Numbered from the whole stretch's first letter, positions 12,816 through 26,243 are shown. The stretch: DNA of 63,064 nt, filler included, from Octopus bimaculoides (GCF_001194135.2; 6 parts of 5 records of this genome joined end to end with filler, not necessarily neighbours in it), one strand, 5' to 3'. Numbers and translations are program-made. The notes: generated by a model not told the origin, from the letters alone.

Positions 12816-13248
12816 AAGACGGCGAACTGGCAGAAACGTTAGCACACTGGACGAAATGCTTAACGGTATTTCGTCTGCTGCTACGTTCTGAGTTCAGCTT
12901 CCGTCGAGGTCGACTTTGCCTTTCATTCTTTCGGGGTCGATTAAATAAGTACCAGTTGCGCACTGGGGTCGATATAATCGACTTAATCTGTTTGTCTGTC
13001 CTTGTTTGTCCCATCTGTGTGCAGCCCCTTGTGGGCAGTAAAAAAATTAGAAACGTTAGCCTGCCGGGCGAAATGCTTAACAGTATTTCTGTCTTTACGT
13101 TCAGAGTTCAAATTCCGCCGAGGTCGACTTTGCCTTTCATCCTTTCGGGGTCGATAAATTAAGTACCAGTTGCATACTGGGGTCGATGTAATCAATTATC
13201 CCCTTCCTCCAAAATTTTGGGCTTTGTGCCTAGAGTAGAAAAGAATAT
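12816..13248 (+). mobile_element. Two SINE family A copies in head-to-tail tandem
   Basis: ggcgaactggcagaaacgttagcac...ggggtcgatataatcgac (12816-13049), immediately followed by agaaacgttagcctgccgggcgaaatgctt...ggggtcgatgtaatc (13049-13248). tRNA-like head with a B-box-like gagttcaaattcc. Confidence 0.9.
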
Positions 13249-13327
13249 GAATAGTGCAGTTAACGGTGTGGGATTTTGTTTATTTTCTTTCTGGCTTTCT
13301 TTTCTTTTGTTTTGATCTTTCTTTTTC

Positions 13328-13360
<33 letters not shown>

Positions 13361-13604
13361 NNNNNNNNNNTTGACTATAGAAAAGTTTAAGCGCTGAAAT
13401 AGAGCGATTCAAGATATGGCCAGGATGAAATACAATTTCTAGCTTCTTATTAGGGATTTGTTTGCAGAATATTGGTCTAATTTATTAATTTATTTATTTT
13501 GCATATCTCAAAGATTTTTATTCAGTTAAAGTTGAAATTCATGCGTTTGTTCTTCAGATCTCATATATACTTTGACAAAGAAGTGGCTGTGCGTGCTATA
13601 GCAG

Positions 13605-13970
13605 TTTCCTCTCGAGAGAACTGAAACGTTTCGGCAATTCCACCACTCATATTTCTACCACAAATTGAACTCCAGCTCCGACCTTACTAATTACATCTTG
13701 TTTCCGATATCATAAGCCAAATCATATCCTCCTCCAACTTCCACGATCTTCAAGCTCCGCCCAACCCATACTTCTATCGTTTACTTCCTCTTCTAAATCC
13801 ACAAATACAGCAATATCACTTCCAATCGTTGTTTCTGCTTCTAACTGGCGCACAAAGATCCTCTTCAAGTACTTAGACCAATCTCTTTTTGACTCATGGT
13901 CCCCTTTCTTTCCTCATTCATAGCACCAATCATAAACTTTCTCCTTTTAACTTCAACTTCGTCGAACGAT
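13605..13970 (+). mobile_element. Penelope-like element, N-terminal part of the RT, decayed
   Basis: TETFRQF...FYHKLNSSSDLT ... YFLF*IHK ... LPIVVSASNWRTKILFKYLDQSL ... VPFLSSFI..TNH matches EAxRQL..FY..L..DPT / YxLPKIHK / RPIVS / SKYLD / LPSYIxDTNH. Confidence 0.75.
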
Positions 13971-14129
13971 TTAGAAGCTTGCTTGGTAGCCAAGAGGTTC
14001 TGGGATCAATTCCATTTCATGCTAACCTTGGCAAGTTTTGTTCATTTTGTTTTGTTTCTTTTTTTTCTTCCATTTCTTCTATTCAGTCCACGAGATGTGA
14101 CGTAAATAAGGTGGACGAAAACTATGTGG

Positions 14130-14270
14130 AATCTTGTCGGGTGTGTTTTACCGTAAACCAAGACACAAGCATCGGGTAGAATTAACGGTCACGTTCATTC
14201 ACTGAGCAAGTAATTCATTTGATCGAACGCCTGAATGCTCATCGCCGATACCGACGGAGATCCATTTGAA
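14130..14270 (+). mobile_element. Diverged SINE family D-related fragment
   Basis: The reverse complement (ctccgtcggtatcggcgatgag...gatcaaatgaattacttgctcagtgaatgaacgtg) resembles the family D sequence as read at 36320. Confidence 0.5.
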
Positions 14271-14439
14271 TATCTGTGTGTGGCTATAAGTATGTTGTTT
14301 ATTTGGCGAGCATGTGCATTGGAGTCAACTGTTTGTTTGTGCTAATAAGTTCAACTGAGAAGTACCCGATACACCTTTCAGTTCAGATCAGATTATTTTT
14401 CAAATTCAAGGTCAAAGCTTCACACACACACACACACAT

Positions 14440-14485
<46 letters not shown>

Positions 14486-15301
14486 GCACACACCCAGATT
14501 TCGGTTTTTCTTTGAGGTGACTTCGTGTATGCATATCCCATTCATACATACACACCTAATATATGCACACACACACACACACACGCACACACACACACAA
14601 ATACATACACACACACACACTTGCACGCATATACGCACCCGCACAAACACAAACACATGCAATATTATTTTAGTAATATAGATTGTTGCTCCACCTCAAT
14701 GCTCTCCCTTATAAAAATGTATACAAATGAGCACATACGTACACATGTGTTTGCGCGTGTGAATGTGTATGTGCNNNNNNNNNNNNNNNNNNNNNNNNNN
14801 NNNNNNNNNNNNNNNNNNNNNNNNNNNNNNNNNNNNNNNNNNNNNNNNNNNNNNNNNNNNNNNNNNNNNNNNNNNNNNNNNNNNNNNNNNNNNNNNNNNN
14901 NNNNNNNNNNNNNNNNNNNNNNNNNNNNNNNNNNNNNNNNNNNNNNNNNNNNNNNNNNNNNNNNNNNNNNNNNNNNNNNNNNNNNNNNNNNNNNNNNNNN
15001 NNNNNNNNNNNNNNNNNNNNNNNNNNNNNNNNNNNNNNNNNNNNNNNNNNNNNNNNNNNNNNNNNNNNNNNNNNNNNNNNNNNNNNNNNNNNNNNNNNNN
15101 NNNNNNNNNNNNNNNNNNNNNNNNNNNNNNNNNNNNNNNNNNNNNNNNNNNNNNNNNNNNNNNNNNNNNNNNNNNNNNNNNNNNNNNNNNNNNNNNNNNN
15201 NNNNNNNNNNNNNNNNNNNNNNNNNNNNNNNNNNNNNNNNNNNNNNNNNNNNNNNNNNNNNNNNNNNNNNNNNNNNNNNNNATATATATATATATATGTT
15301 C

Positions 15302-15336
<35 letters not shown>

Positions 15337-15423
15337 GATATATAACATATATACATACATATATATATATATATATATGTACACACACATATTACATATA
15401 TATATATACATATATATACATAT

Positions 15424-15456
<33 letters not shown>

Positions 15457-15730
15457 CTTTACATATACATGTACGAACATATATGCATGTATGTATATAT
15501 ATATATATATGTATATAGACATACATATATACATATATACATATACAAACATATATGTATGTATGTATGTATATATTTATAGATACATACATTCGTACAT
15601 AAATGCATACACATACACAGATATTTATATATGCATACACACACATACACACATTACATATATATGTACAAACTTATATTTATGTATATGTGCGTGTGTG
15701 TATAGATAGATAGATAGCTAGATAGATAGC

Positions 15731-15788
<58 letters not shown>

Positions 15789-16227
15789 TAAACGTGCACA
15801 CACACATATAAACACACACGCATACACACACACATATACACACATACACACGTATAAGCTTACATAATAATAATATAATTTCTCCCCTCTCTTTCTCACA
15901 TTAACCCAGTGATTTCGAGCAAGTAAGTCGTGACACCCTAGGGTATCTTATATATATTAATTAGGGGTGTTGCGAGGTTTTAAATTTAAGCAACACAATT
16001 GACAAAATATAACAAGATCTGGATGCCAAAAACGAAAGGCTACAGCGAGGGACAAAACGCACTTAGTGCTTTGCAGATACATGTTGGAGTAAAACGAGGG
16101 CGTCTTGTACGTTAAGTAGAGGGAGAAGACGTGATAAGGTCATAGACATCTTGGAAACCGCTGAATAAATCTATAAAATTAGCTTCATTACTAGCATGTT
16201 TTAATTTATATGTATTAATATATGGTC

Positions 16228-16560
16228 ATCATTATTATCATCATCATTTAACGTACGTGTTCCACGCTATCATAGGTGAGACGGGACCACAAAAGCCGGC
16301 CAGTCTGAAGCCTGCACCAAACTTCTGTAACTGTTTTGGCAGGATTTTTACAGCTGGATGCCCTTCCTAACACCAACCACTCTGCAGAGTGGACTTAGTG
16401 CTTTTTATGTGGTACAAGTACAGGCGGGGTAAGTAGTGCTTTTACGTGGCACAAGCACAGGCGAGGTCAGTTTTGGCAAGGTTTTTACAGCTGGATACCC
16501 TTTCGAACACCAACCACTTTACAGTGTGGACTGGGTGCTTTTAAATGCTTTTAAACACCC
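16228..16560 (-). mobile_element. Family C: RTE-tailed SINE/LINE 3' end
   Basis: (CAT)n tail, then tttaacgtacgtgttccacgct...ctacagctggatgcccttcctaacaccaaccac, as at 22088 and 33213. Confidence 0.75.
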
Positions 16561-17115
16561 TCTCTCTCCATTTTTATCAAAATTGTTGAGTTTTATGGGA
16601 TTTCTTCCTATAAATTCACAGCACACCATACACAAGCATTATTTTCATATTCGCAATTTTACNNNNNNNNNNNNNNNNNNNNNNNNNNNNNNNNNNNNNN
16701 NNNNNNNNNNNNNNNNNNNNNNNNNNNNNNNNNNNNNNNNNNNNNNNNNNNNNNNNNNNNNNNNNNNNNNNNNNNNNNNNNNNNNNNNNNNNNNNNNNNN
16801 NNNNNNNNNNNNNNNNNNNNNNNNNNNNNNNNNNNNNNNNNNNNNNNNNNNNNNNNNNNNNNNNNNNNATATATATATATATATACGAAATTTGAAATCG
16901 TAGTTGTATATTTAATCCTTTAATCAAGCTCGTTGCAAGACAATATGGGATATAGATTTCACGAATATAAATATTTATATGAATACGAATACAAATGAAT
17001 TCATAACGTTATATTGTTTTATCCATTATATAATTATAATATTGTATGATATTATAATAATTATTATATATTATTACCAATTATATTCATAATAATATTA
17101 ATATTTACATTCATG

Positions 17116-17337
17116 AAGGCTGCGAGCTGTCAGAAGTGTTAGTACGTTGACCAAAATATTTAGTGGCATTTCGTTCGTCTTTACGTTCTGATTTCAAATG
17201 CCACCGAGGTATCCGTTGCTTTTCATCCTTTCCAGGTCGATAAAGTAAATACCAGTTGAGCACTGGGATCGATGTAATAGACTTTGTCCTCTTCCGACAA
17301 ATTTCTGTCCTTATGCCAAAATTTGAAAGCAATATTT
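17116..17337 (+). mobile_element. SINE family A
   Basis: aaggctgcgagctgtcagaag...ctttcatcctttccaggtcgataaagtaaataccagttgagcactgggatcgatgtaat. Confidence 0.85.
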
Positions 17338-17339
17338 AC

Positions 17340-17432
17340 ATTGAAACGACCGTAGCGAAAGGAGAAAATGCAATGGCATAAATTCCAGTCTTTGACTTAA
17401 TGCGTTCATACTCTGCGAGCAGCCTATCTGAC
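17340..17432 (-). CDS. Candidate internal exon (93 bp, phase 2-2) of an unidentified gene
   Basis: Acceptor tgaatttccag, donor aat|gtaaat. Open frame SDRLLAEYERIKSKTGIYAIAFSPFATVVS with an in-frame stop just upstream of the AG. No homology recognised; the donor abuts a SINE end. Confidence 0.3.
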
Positions 17433-18550
17433 CTGGAAATTCAGTTTGTATCGATAGTTTTCTTCTTGAATATAAATCATCTACGGATATACAAATTGTT
17501 AGCCGGTAGTCGCACAAGTGCCTACTGGGTAGCAAAAGCGGATTTTTTAAACCTCTTTATCTGATAGATACATGTGTGTTTGTGTATACATATATACATA
17601 CATAATACATACATACAGATATATATATACACACAAACATATATACACACATATACATATACACTTGTATATATGCGCATAGTTATATGCATGCGTATGT
17701 ACGTATGTGTGTGGCTGTGTAATTGAGTTGGCGTGAAGGGATCTGTGTATTAGTGTATGTATAAGGATGTAAGTATATATATAGATGTGTGTGCTTGCAA
17801 ATGTATGTCTGTGAATGTATGTGTGTGTCTGTGAATGTATATATATGTATTCATGTGTGTGTGTCGTTGTGTGTGCGTGTGCATGTGTGTGCGTACGTGT
17901 GTGTGCGTGGGAAGTATAACCGCTTGAAGCGAAATGGACGGCGCCATGATGTTAAAGTTCTTGAAATGTTTCGTCTAAATAGCCCCAACAAAATAAATGA
18001 TTAAATGATAAGGTATGTAGCTATAAAGTGCTTGGGTAGAAGTATTAAAATCTATCTAGCTATCTATCCAACTATCCATCCATCTATTCAACTATCTATC
18101 TACCTATCTATCTATCTATCTATTTATCTATCTATCTAACTATCATTCTATATGTATACCTATTTATCTTATCCGTATACCTATCTGTTTCTCTATCTCC
18201 CGGGATATCTATTTGTCTATTCATTTATCAATCTCTCTCTCTCTCTCTCCTCCTTTCTCTCTCTCCTCCTCCTCTCTCTCTCTCCTCCTCCTCTCTCTCT
18301 CTATCTACCTATCTACCTATCTTTCTATCTAGTTGTCTTTCTATCAGTCTCTGCCTGTCCGTCTGTCTTTTTGTGTATCTATCTATCTATCTGCTAGTTC
18401 ATCCTCCTATTTATTTATCTTGGATACACACACACTCACACATACAAACATATATGCACACATACACACACATAAATTTGTAAATACATACACACATACA
18501 AAAATGTATGAGTGTATGAATATTGATGAATATGTGTATACCTAGACAGA

Positions 18551-18587
<37 letters not shown>

Positions 18588-18593
18588 GGCAGG

Positions 18594-18633
<40 letters not shown>

Positions 18634-19182
18634 CATACACATATGTATTTATGATACCTGTCTACATATGTGTTTACGAATGTGAGCACGCGCGCATGCG
18701 ATTTTGCCTGCATGCGTGCGTATGCATGCGTGTACTTGCGTGTGCGTGCGTATGCGTGCGTGTGTGTCCGTGTGCGTGCTCCTATGTCAGTTAGGAATAA
18801 AGAAGGTCTAGCGCTAGCGCTCCTTTCCACTGGAAGCTTGGATTTAATTAAACTGAGATGTGGAGGATGTCCCTTTCCATAATTGAGTGAAATCTTTTCA
18901 AATTAGGATCAAACACAGTTATTCACCATCAAATCCAATTCCCTTCCAGAAGAGCTGCTACCCTTAACAAGTTCAAAACCATTTATTTAGCCATTCCTGC
19001 ATAAACGGCTGTCTTTCGATATTAATACATTTATTTTACTATATTATGTTGTATTATTGTATATAGAGTATTTTACTCACTGCTTTGGTTTCTCTGCGAA
19101 CGTTGTTTAGTTGGGTAAACTTGATAAGCTAGTTACTGGATGGATGTGAGACTATGACGATGTATTATGTGTGAGAGAAGAC

Positions 19183-19260
<78 letters not shown>

Positions 19261-19351
19261 TGTTGATAACAGTGTAAATATTTTTCTGCTTGTATGTGTG
19301 CCCGGTTAAATAGGAAGATGGATTCTGTAGGTAGGTTGATAGATTCATACT

Positions 19352-19409
<58 letters not shown>

Positions 19410-19570
19410 TACATCTATACATGTATACAAAGTGTACACACACACACACAGACACACATATATATTATATTGGTATCCAGTTCATCAAAATACCCGCAGA
19501 TATATATACACATGCACATGTATACATACATACATACATACATACATACATACATACATACATACATACA

Positions 19571-19978
19571 AACAAGGGATCACACGGGAATTCATTGTAC
19601 TCCTGGAAGAACACATGGAGGAAACTCCTGAGAGGAAGCTTGCTAAATACCAGGAGCTGGTAGAGTAGTACAGAGATCGGGGCTTGCAGGACCGTTCAGA
19701 GGCAACAGAAGTGGGCCATCGAGGTTTTGTGGAGTGTCCATTCTTGAAAGCTCTGACTGGGTTACGAGTTACTGGGGCAACAAAGAAGAGGGCTCTAATT
19801 TCCATCATCGAACCCGCAGAGAAGGCCACCAAGTGAATTTGGATAAAGGGTGGGTGAGGGCGATTAGTGGTTTGTTGCTATTGGGGATGCAAGCTGAGGC
19901 TTGATCAACCCGGGGTGGATTAACTGGACTGTGAAGTTTGATGTTAAAAGATCCGAAACAAACATCTGTGGCCCCAGA

Positions 19979-19980
<2 letters not shown>
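19571..19980 (+). mobile_element. HERO-type RLE non-LTR retrotransposon, 3' fragment (endonuclease C-terminus and 3' UTR)
   Basis: LEEHMEETPERKLAKYQELVE*YRDRG....EVGHRGF....LKALTGLRVTGATKKRALISIIEPAEKATK*IWIKG matches the RLE tail WEE.MEEA.ERK.AKY.ELV....EVGCRGF...AAEKAS.WLWIKR. The 3' UTR contains tgatcaaccccgggg. Confidence 0.75.
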
Positions 19981-20034
<54 letters not shown>

Positions 20035-20237
20035 CACATATACATACATATATATATATGCATACATATATACACACACGTATATATATATATGTGCATA
20101 CATATATACACCCACACACATACACGCGCGCGCGCGCACTCGCACACACACGCACGCACACACACACATACATACACACATAAACACACACACACACACA
20201 TAGAATCACTTTATATGACTGAACATTAATATATATA

Positions 20238-20285
<48 letters not shown>

Positions 20286-20727
20286 ATGTTGCCGACGCAC
20301 AGTGCTTGCATGTGTACACATCTGTATGTCCTGGGAGGAGGCTCCCATCATCCCATCATGTATTTAGTGAACGCAACCAAGCAGACCCGGCGGCGAATGT
20401 ATCTAAAACTAAACCTGAGGGGACATACAATTTGATTTGTGTCATTAGGTCATTACTGAAGAACAGCTCAAGCTTCCCTTTCTATCAATCTCATTTAGAT
20501 TCTTCCATGTTCAGATGGAGAGCTTCATTTTTATTTTCATAGTTATTTTTCGTTCGTCTGTTTTATTTGATTTCTTTCGTTTCTTTTCATGTGGCTTTTT
20601 TTTGTCCATCTTCTTATGCTTTTGATGAATATGTTCCTCTCCAGTCACCCTCTTTGTAACATATATCTTTCTTATTTTCTCTCTCAGTTACTCTCTTATC
20701 TACTATTTCTCACACAATTACACCCCA

Positions 20728-20779
<52 letters not shown>

Positions 20780-20840
20780 TTATCTATAACCATAGATGTG
20801 TGTGTATGTGCATTATACGTACATGCATACATACATGCAT

Positions 20841-20895
<55 letters not shown>

Positions 20896-20991
20896 CATTT
20901 CTTTTATTAGCCACACAGGGCTCAACGAAGATGGGACAAATACAATGTAGAGCTTTTCTTTTTGGGAGGGGGGAGGAAGGGGAAAAAAAAA
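20896..20991 (-). mobile_element. 3' end of a young unclassified retroelement joined to (TATC)n/(GATA)n, copy 1
   Basis: About 75 bp identical to 60500-60575; 63033-63064 is identical over its 32 bp. The minus strand reads ...gtgtggctAATAAAagaaatg(tatc)n. The other side runs into a gap. Confidence 0.7.
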
Positions 20992-21122
20992 NNNNNNNNN
21001 NNNNNNNNNNNNNNNNNNNNNNNNNNNNNNNNNNNTTAATTAATTAANNNNNNNNNNNNNNNNNNNNNNNNNNNNNNNNNNNNNNNNNNNNCTGGTTGAA
21101 GTAAAATAATATTGAGACTCAC

Positions 21123-21168
21123 AACAGAATTGCATCATGAATTTCTAAAAGATTGTCTTTTAACTTTG
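21123..21168 (-). CDS. Candidate internal exon (46 bp, phase 1-2)
   Basis: Acceptor tttctgtgaatag, strong donor tt|gtgagt. Frame (x)KLKDNLLEIHDAIL. No homology recognised. Confidence 0.3.
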
Positions 21169-21355
21169 CTATTCACAGAAATTCAATTATGTTGATTCTT
21201 CACCAGTAGCAGACAACTATTTCTTCAGATGCAATTCTTATGATGATTTTTAAAAATTCATGTAGATAGTGAGAACAGGAATATGGTACAGAAATGTTTT
21301 AAGAAAATATACTCATCTCGTAAAAAATATTGATATAGAATTGTTTATGATTACG

Positions 21356-21393
<38 letters not shown>

Positions 21394-22087
21394 AATATAA
21401 TATTTTATTAGACATTGTATATATTATATTACATTATATTATATCAAAAGCATGACTACATTCAAGTTTCATCTTTTTTTATTAAGGATTTTTCCTACTT
21501 TCTTATTAGTACTTTAGGTTTGGTTTCGAACAATAACATTCCCAAATTTATTAGACTGATGGTCAAGACTTTTGCAATCTCATTTCCAAAATAAACAGTT
21601 ATAATGGTGTACTGTCCTTAATAAAAAGATCAAACTTGAACTTCCAGGTAGTATTAATAATTTATTGTTCAATACAAAGTATATTGTTGATGAGTTCTGG
21701 TTGTGTGGTAGAATAGCATTATAGCACAACAGTTGCTGGTTTTAATCTAACATAGTAAAACCTTTTGTCTTTGAATGAAATTCCCTAATGAAAAACATTT
21801 ACATGTGTGTGTGTGAATGTGTATGTATACATGCACACATACACATACACACACACACACACCGGTATGTATGTACACCCAGACGCACACTTGAACATAC
21901 AAAGCCACACAAATATTTAAATGTTTTGGCAAAAAATACTTAATACAGTCACAATACAGAAAGAAAGACGTTCTTTAAAGTTATTAACTATTTAAAAAAA
22001 TCTTAGACAAACAAAAAGCACTTACACACACACACACACACACACGTGTATGTGCAAGCATGCATACAAACACACACACACACATAT

Positions 22088-22318
22088 ATCATCATCATCA
22101 TCGTTTAACATCTGCTTTCCATGTTAGCATGGGTTGGATGATTTGACTGAGGATTGGTGAACCAGATGGCTGCACCAGGCTCCAATTTGATCTGGCAGAG
22201 TTTCTACAGCTGGATGCCCTTCTTAATGCCAACTACTCCGAGAGTGTAGTGGGTGCTTTTATGTGCCACCGGCATGAGGGCCAGTCAGGCGGTTCTGACA
22301 ATGACCACGCTCATGATG
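22088..22318 (-). mobile_element. Family C: RTE-tailed SINE/LINE 3' end
   Basis: (atc)n gtttaacatctgctttccatgttagcatgggttgga...gagtttctacagctggatgcccttc. Confidence 0.85.
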
Positions 22319-22389
22319 ATGTGTTTCCAATAGAATAAAATATCATTTATATATTTATATAATGAACATACATGATTAATTTAAATGGG

Positions 22390-22607
22390 ATATTCCTTTC
22401 TACTAAAGGCACAAGGCCTGAAATTTGTGGGGAGGGGCCTGGCTGATTGAATCGACCCCAGTGTCTTACTGGTACTTAATTTATCGACTCCAAACGAATG
22501 AAAGCAAATTTGAACTTGGCAGAATTTAAACTCAGGACGTAGCAGCGGACAAAATACTGCTAAGCATTTCACCCAGCTTGCTAATGACTCTGCCAGCTTG
22601 CTGCTTT
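22390..22607 (-). mobile_element. SINE family A
   Basis: aatcgaccccagtgtcttactggtacttaatttatcgactcc...taagcatttcacccagcttgctaatgactctgccagc. Confidence 0.85.
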
Positions 22608-22734
22608 AATTTAAATCTGATAATAGAAAATATTATGGTAGGATCACAGCTGAATGATGTCTTTTTTATTATTGGTTTGTGTTTGATTTAAGCTGACATT
22701 TGCTTAAATAATATAAATTGAAATATATACAGAA

Positions 22735-24017
22735 TCATTTAGTCCTAGACTCTGTAACAAGCAATGGGATGGTCTCAGATGAAACATCTTTGTCAAAAGG
22801 TTAGCTAGATCAGATCTGGCCCAAGGCATTCATCAATCTGAAAAAGACTTTTGATAATTTCATTTCTGCAGGCTGGAGGTTGCTAAAATAAAATTAATTG
22901 TCCTTAATAGATGACTAACAGGAGCTATGTAAATGATATGCCACGTTAGCAATGAGTTGAGTGAGTAATTAAACATGTAGACAGACTGGGGGGTTACAAA
23001 AACGGAATTAATTGATGGCCAACAAAAACTATGCTAATAATATGCTATGTTAGCAATGAGTTCAGTGAGGGATTTAACATGTCAGCAGTTGTCTATCAGA
23101 ACTCAATTCTCGGCCCCTATTTTTTAAGTTTGCCTTTGAAGACCATAGCAGTGGAATTTAAAAGAGGCTGTGTTTGGATGCTAATGACCTAGTTTTCAGA
23201 GCTAAATTTCTTAAAGACTTACAACAGGAATCACAAATGATGATGCAAAGACAAAAAAACCCCCCCAAAAAAACAAGTGGAAAACTTAAAAGTAAATCCA
23301 GCGAAGATGAAATTTTTAAGGTTGGACTCTACTGTCAGTTGGGAGATGGCCATGACTGAGATACAGAAGTAAAAGAAGTAGGAATTTCAGAATTTCAAAG
23401 GGTGCTCTCATTGTAAATAATAGAACAGAAGAAACAATTATATCACTAGCTGACTGATAGTGAAGAAAGACAATGTATGTGACAAATACAAAGGAGCAGT
23501 GAGCTATCAGAGCATCCATGAGAGAGACTCTTTCAAAAGCTCCGAGAGGCTGATAGATTTCATTACCTAAGAGATTTAATTAAAAGTGGAATGAGGACTA
23601 TAAAATCATAGCTGCCAGAGCAAGAATAAGGTACAACAAAAAGAATACCCCTCTGACTGAAGAGCAGATTGTATGATGTTTGGTAAGGCTGTGAAGAAGT
23701 CAAGCAAGGATGTACCATTGGATGTATACAACTAATGTGCATAGAAGGAAAAGGCAAAGTGAGTTCAGAGAAAAATTGAGTAGAGAAGGAATCGGAAATA
23801 GTGAACTACAAAGAACACAGAATTGGTATAGAAAGGAGATTCAAATCAAAGATGACATTTGAATATGGAAGATACCAAGGAGTCCAAGTGGAAAGGAAAC
23901 TGGAAAAAAAGAGGAATGCTAAGAGAGACGTGAAAGAAGTGATGAAAGATGTGTGGTACAATACTCATTTTAATTCTGAGAGTATGGAAAAAGGGCATAA
24001 AAGTTACGATTACAATG
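22735..24017 (+). mobile_element. RTE-clade LINE, decayed RT domain through to the 3' end
   Basis: AFINLKKTFD (AFVDLEKAFD), VSNEFSEGFN..VVYQNSILGP (VHQGSVLSP), EFKRGC..ANDLVFRA (YADDL), DRFHYLRDLI (F.YLGD.I), AARARIR, EFREKL. The end agtatggaaaaagggcataaaagttacgat resembles the family C tail. Confidence 0.85.
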
Positions 24018-24262
24018 CCTCTCTGTCTGCTTTTCTTATATATAATATANNNNNNNNNNNNNNNNNNNNNNNNNNNNNNNNNNNNNNNNNNNNNNNNNNN
24101 NNNNNNNNNNNNNNNNNNNNNNNNNNNNNNNNNNNNNNNNNNNNNNNNNNNNNNNNNNNNNNNNNNNNNNNNNNNNNNNNNNNNNNNNNNNNNNNNNNNN
24201 NNNNNNNNNNNNNNNNNNNNNNNNNNNNNNNNNNNNNNNNNNNNNNNNNNNNNNNNNNNNNN

Positions 24263-24299
<37 letters not shown>

Positions 24300-24490
24300 T
24301 GTAAATCTATGATTGCACATCAGAGTATCTACACATATATGTATTAGTAAACATAGAAATATATTCATATGGAAACATGCACACAGACACACACACGTAT
24401 GTATGCTCATATTTATATATGCATGTTTTTGTATATATAAATGTATACGTATGTGCAGATATACACACACATATATACTTTGATGCATAC

Positions 24491-24521
<31 letters not shown>

Positions 24522-24591
24522 TATACACATACATTTATAAATGCATGCTGACATATGTGCATGTGTATGTATGTACATATGGATCCAGTAG

Positions 24592-24632
<41 letters not shown>

Positions 24633-25209
24633 CATATATGTATGTAAAATGAATGTATATTTAAGAAAGGGAAAGATATTAATTTCAGATTGAAGCCATG
24701 GAATGGTAAATGAAAAATAAATAAATTACCTTTGGAAAAACAAAAACAACATCAGTACCATCATAACCACTAAGATAAACAACATCATTACCATCATCAT
24801 AATGATCAACATCAGCATCTTCCACAAAATCATCATCATCATTATCTTAAGGAAAATTAATATTGCTATAATAACAGCCATACCACAAAAACAATAAACA
24901 AAGTAAAAACAATGCTTTAGATACAAAAAGAAGTGTAGAAAAAATGGTAAAAAAGTATCTCAGTAGAGAATGGCACAGGCAAGAACTGCAGACTTGGGGT
25001 CTGTGACTGGAGAATAAGGTGTAAATGTAACTAGATGTAGGTGCATGTTGGTATGTGAATGTGTATGTATGTATAAGTATATTTATGTATGTGTGTGTGT
25101 GTGAATATATATATACGCAAACGAACACATGTATATGTATGAATATATATGGTTATATGTGTGTGTGTGAACATATATATACATATAAATATATGCACAC
25201 ACATAAATA

Positions 25210-25240
<31 letters not shown>

Positions 25241-25284
25241 ATATGAATATATAAGTGTGCTTATATATATACATATATAGATAT

Positions 25285-25327
<43 letters not shown>

Positions 25328-25862
25328 CATATATATATGTACTTACATATATATGTCTGCATGTATATTTATGAACACACACATATACATACAAGCAAAT
25401 ATTTATGTATGTAAGTGTGTATATATANNNNNNNNNNNNNNNNNNNNNNNNNNNNNNNNNNNNNNNNNNNNNNNNNNNNNNNNNNNNNNNNNNNNNNNNN
25501 NNNNNNNNNNNNNNNNNNNNNNNNNNNNNNNNNNNNNNNNNNNNNNNNNNNNNNNNNNNNNNNNNNNNNNNNNNNNNNNNNNNNNNNNNNNNNNNNNNNN
25601 NNNNNNNNNNNNNNNNNNNNNNNNNNNNNNNNTACTGCAGAATAGGAATTGGAAAAATATTTCATGGTTTGAGTGACATTATATAAATGTGTGAGTATAC
25701 ACATGTAGATACATGCATGCATACACAAACACATACACATCTAGCCATACTTATACACTCACACATGCACACTCACATATACACATATATATATCTATCT
25801 ATCTATATATATATATATATATACATGTATGAAAATAGAGAGATGGGTAGGTAGATTCTCCC

Positions 25863-25894
<32 letters not shown>

Positions 25895-26184
25895 CTCTCA
25901 AACATGTATCGATACCAAATGTGTAATTGGGTTAGTAGATTGATGTTGAAAAAGAAAATAGAAAGAAATAGAGAGAGAGAGGGAGAAAGAAAGGTAGGAA
26001 TATAATTCATTTAGTGAGAGAAGGAAAAGCAAATAAAAATGCTTGTATGTGTGTGTGGGTGTATATGTGTATATATGTGTGTATATGTATTTATTTATGT
26101 AAGCATGCATATGCATGTTTGTATATATATGTGTGTCTGTATATATCTATTTATCTGTATATCTATCTATATACATATTTATAC

Positions 26185-26243
<59 letters not shown>

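Noticed and set aside
21036-21047. TTAATTAATTAA inside N-runs (also at 42787, 49868, 57173 and 60640)
   Set aside because: Always centred in a 100-bp gap and gives stops in all six frames, so it is an assembler spacer. Order and distance across these gaps are uncertain.
23174-24304. Lys/Glu-rich ORFs (MDANDLVF..., MNYKEHRI...) that look like host exons
   Set aside because: They are frames of the decayed RTE reverse transcriptase (ANDLV = YADDL).
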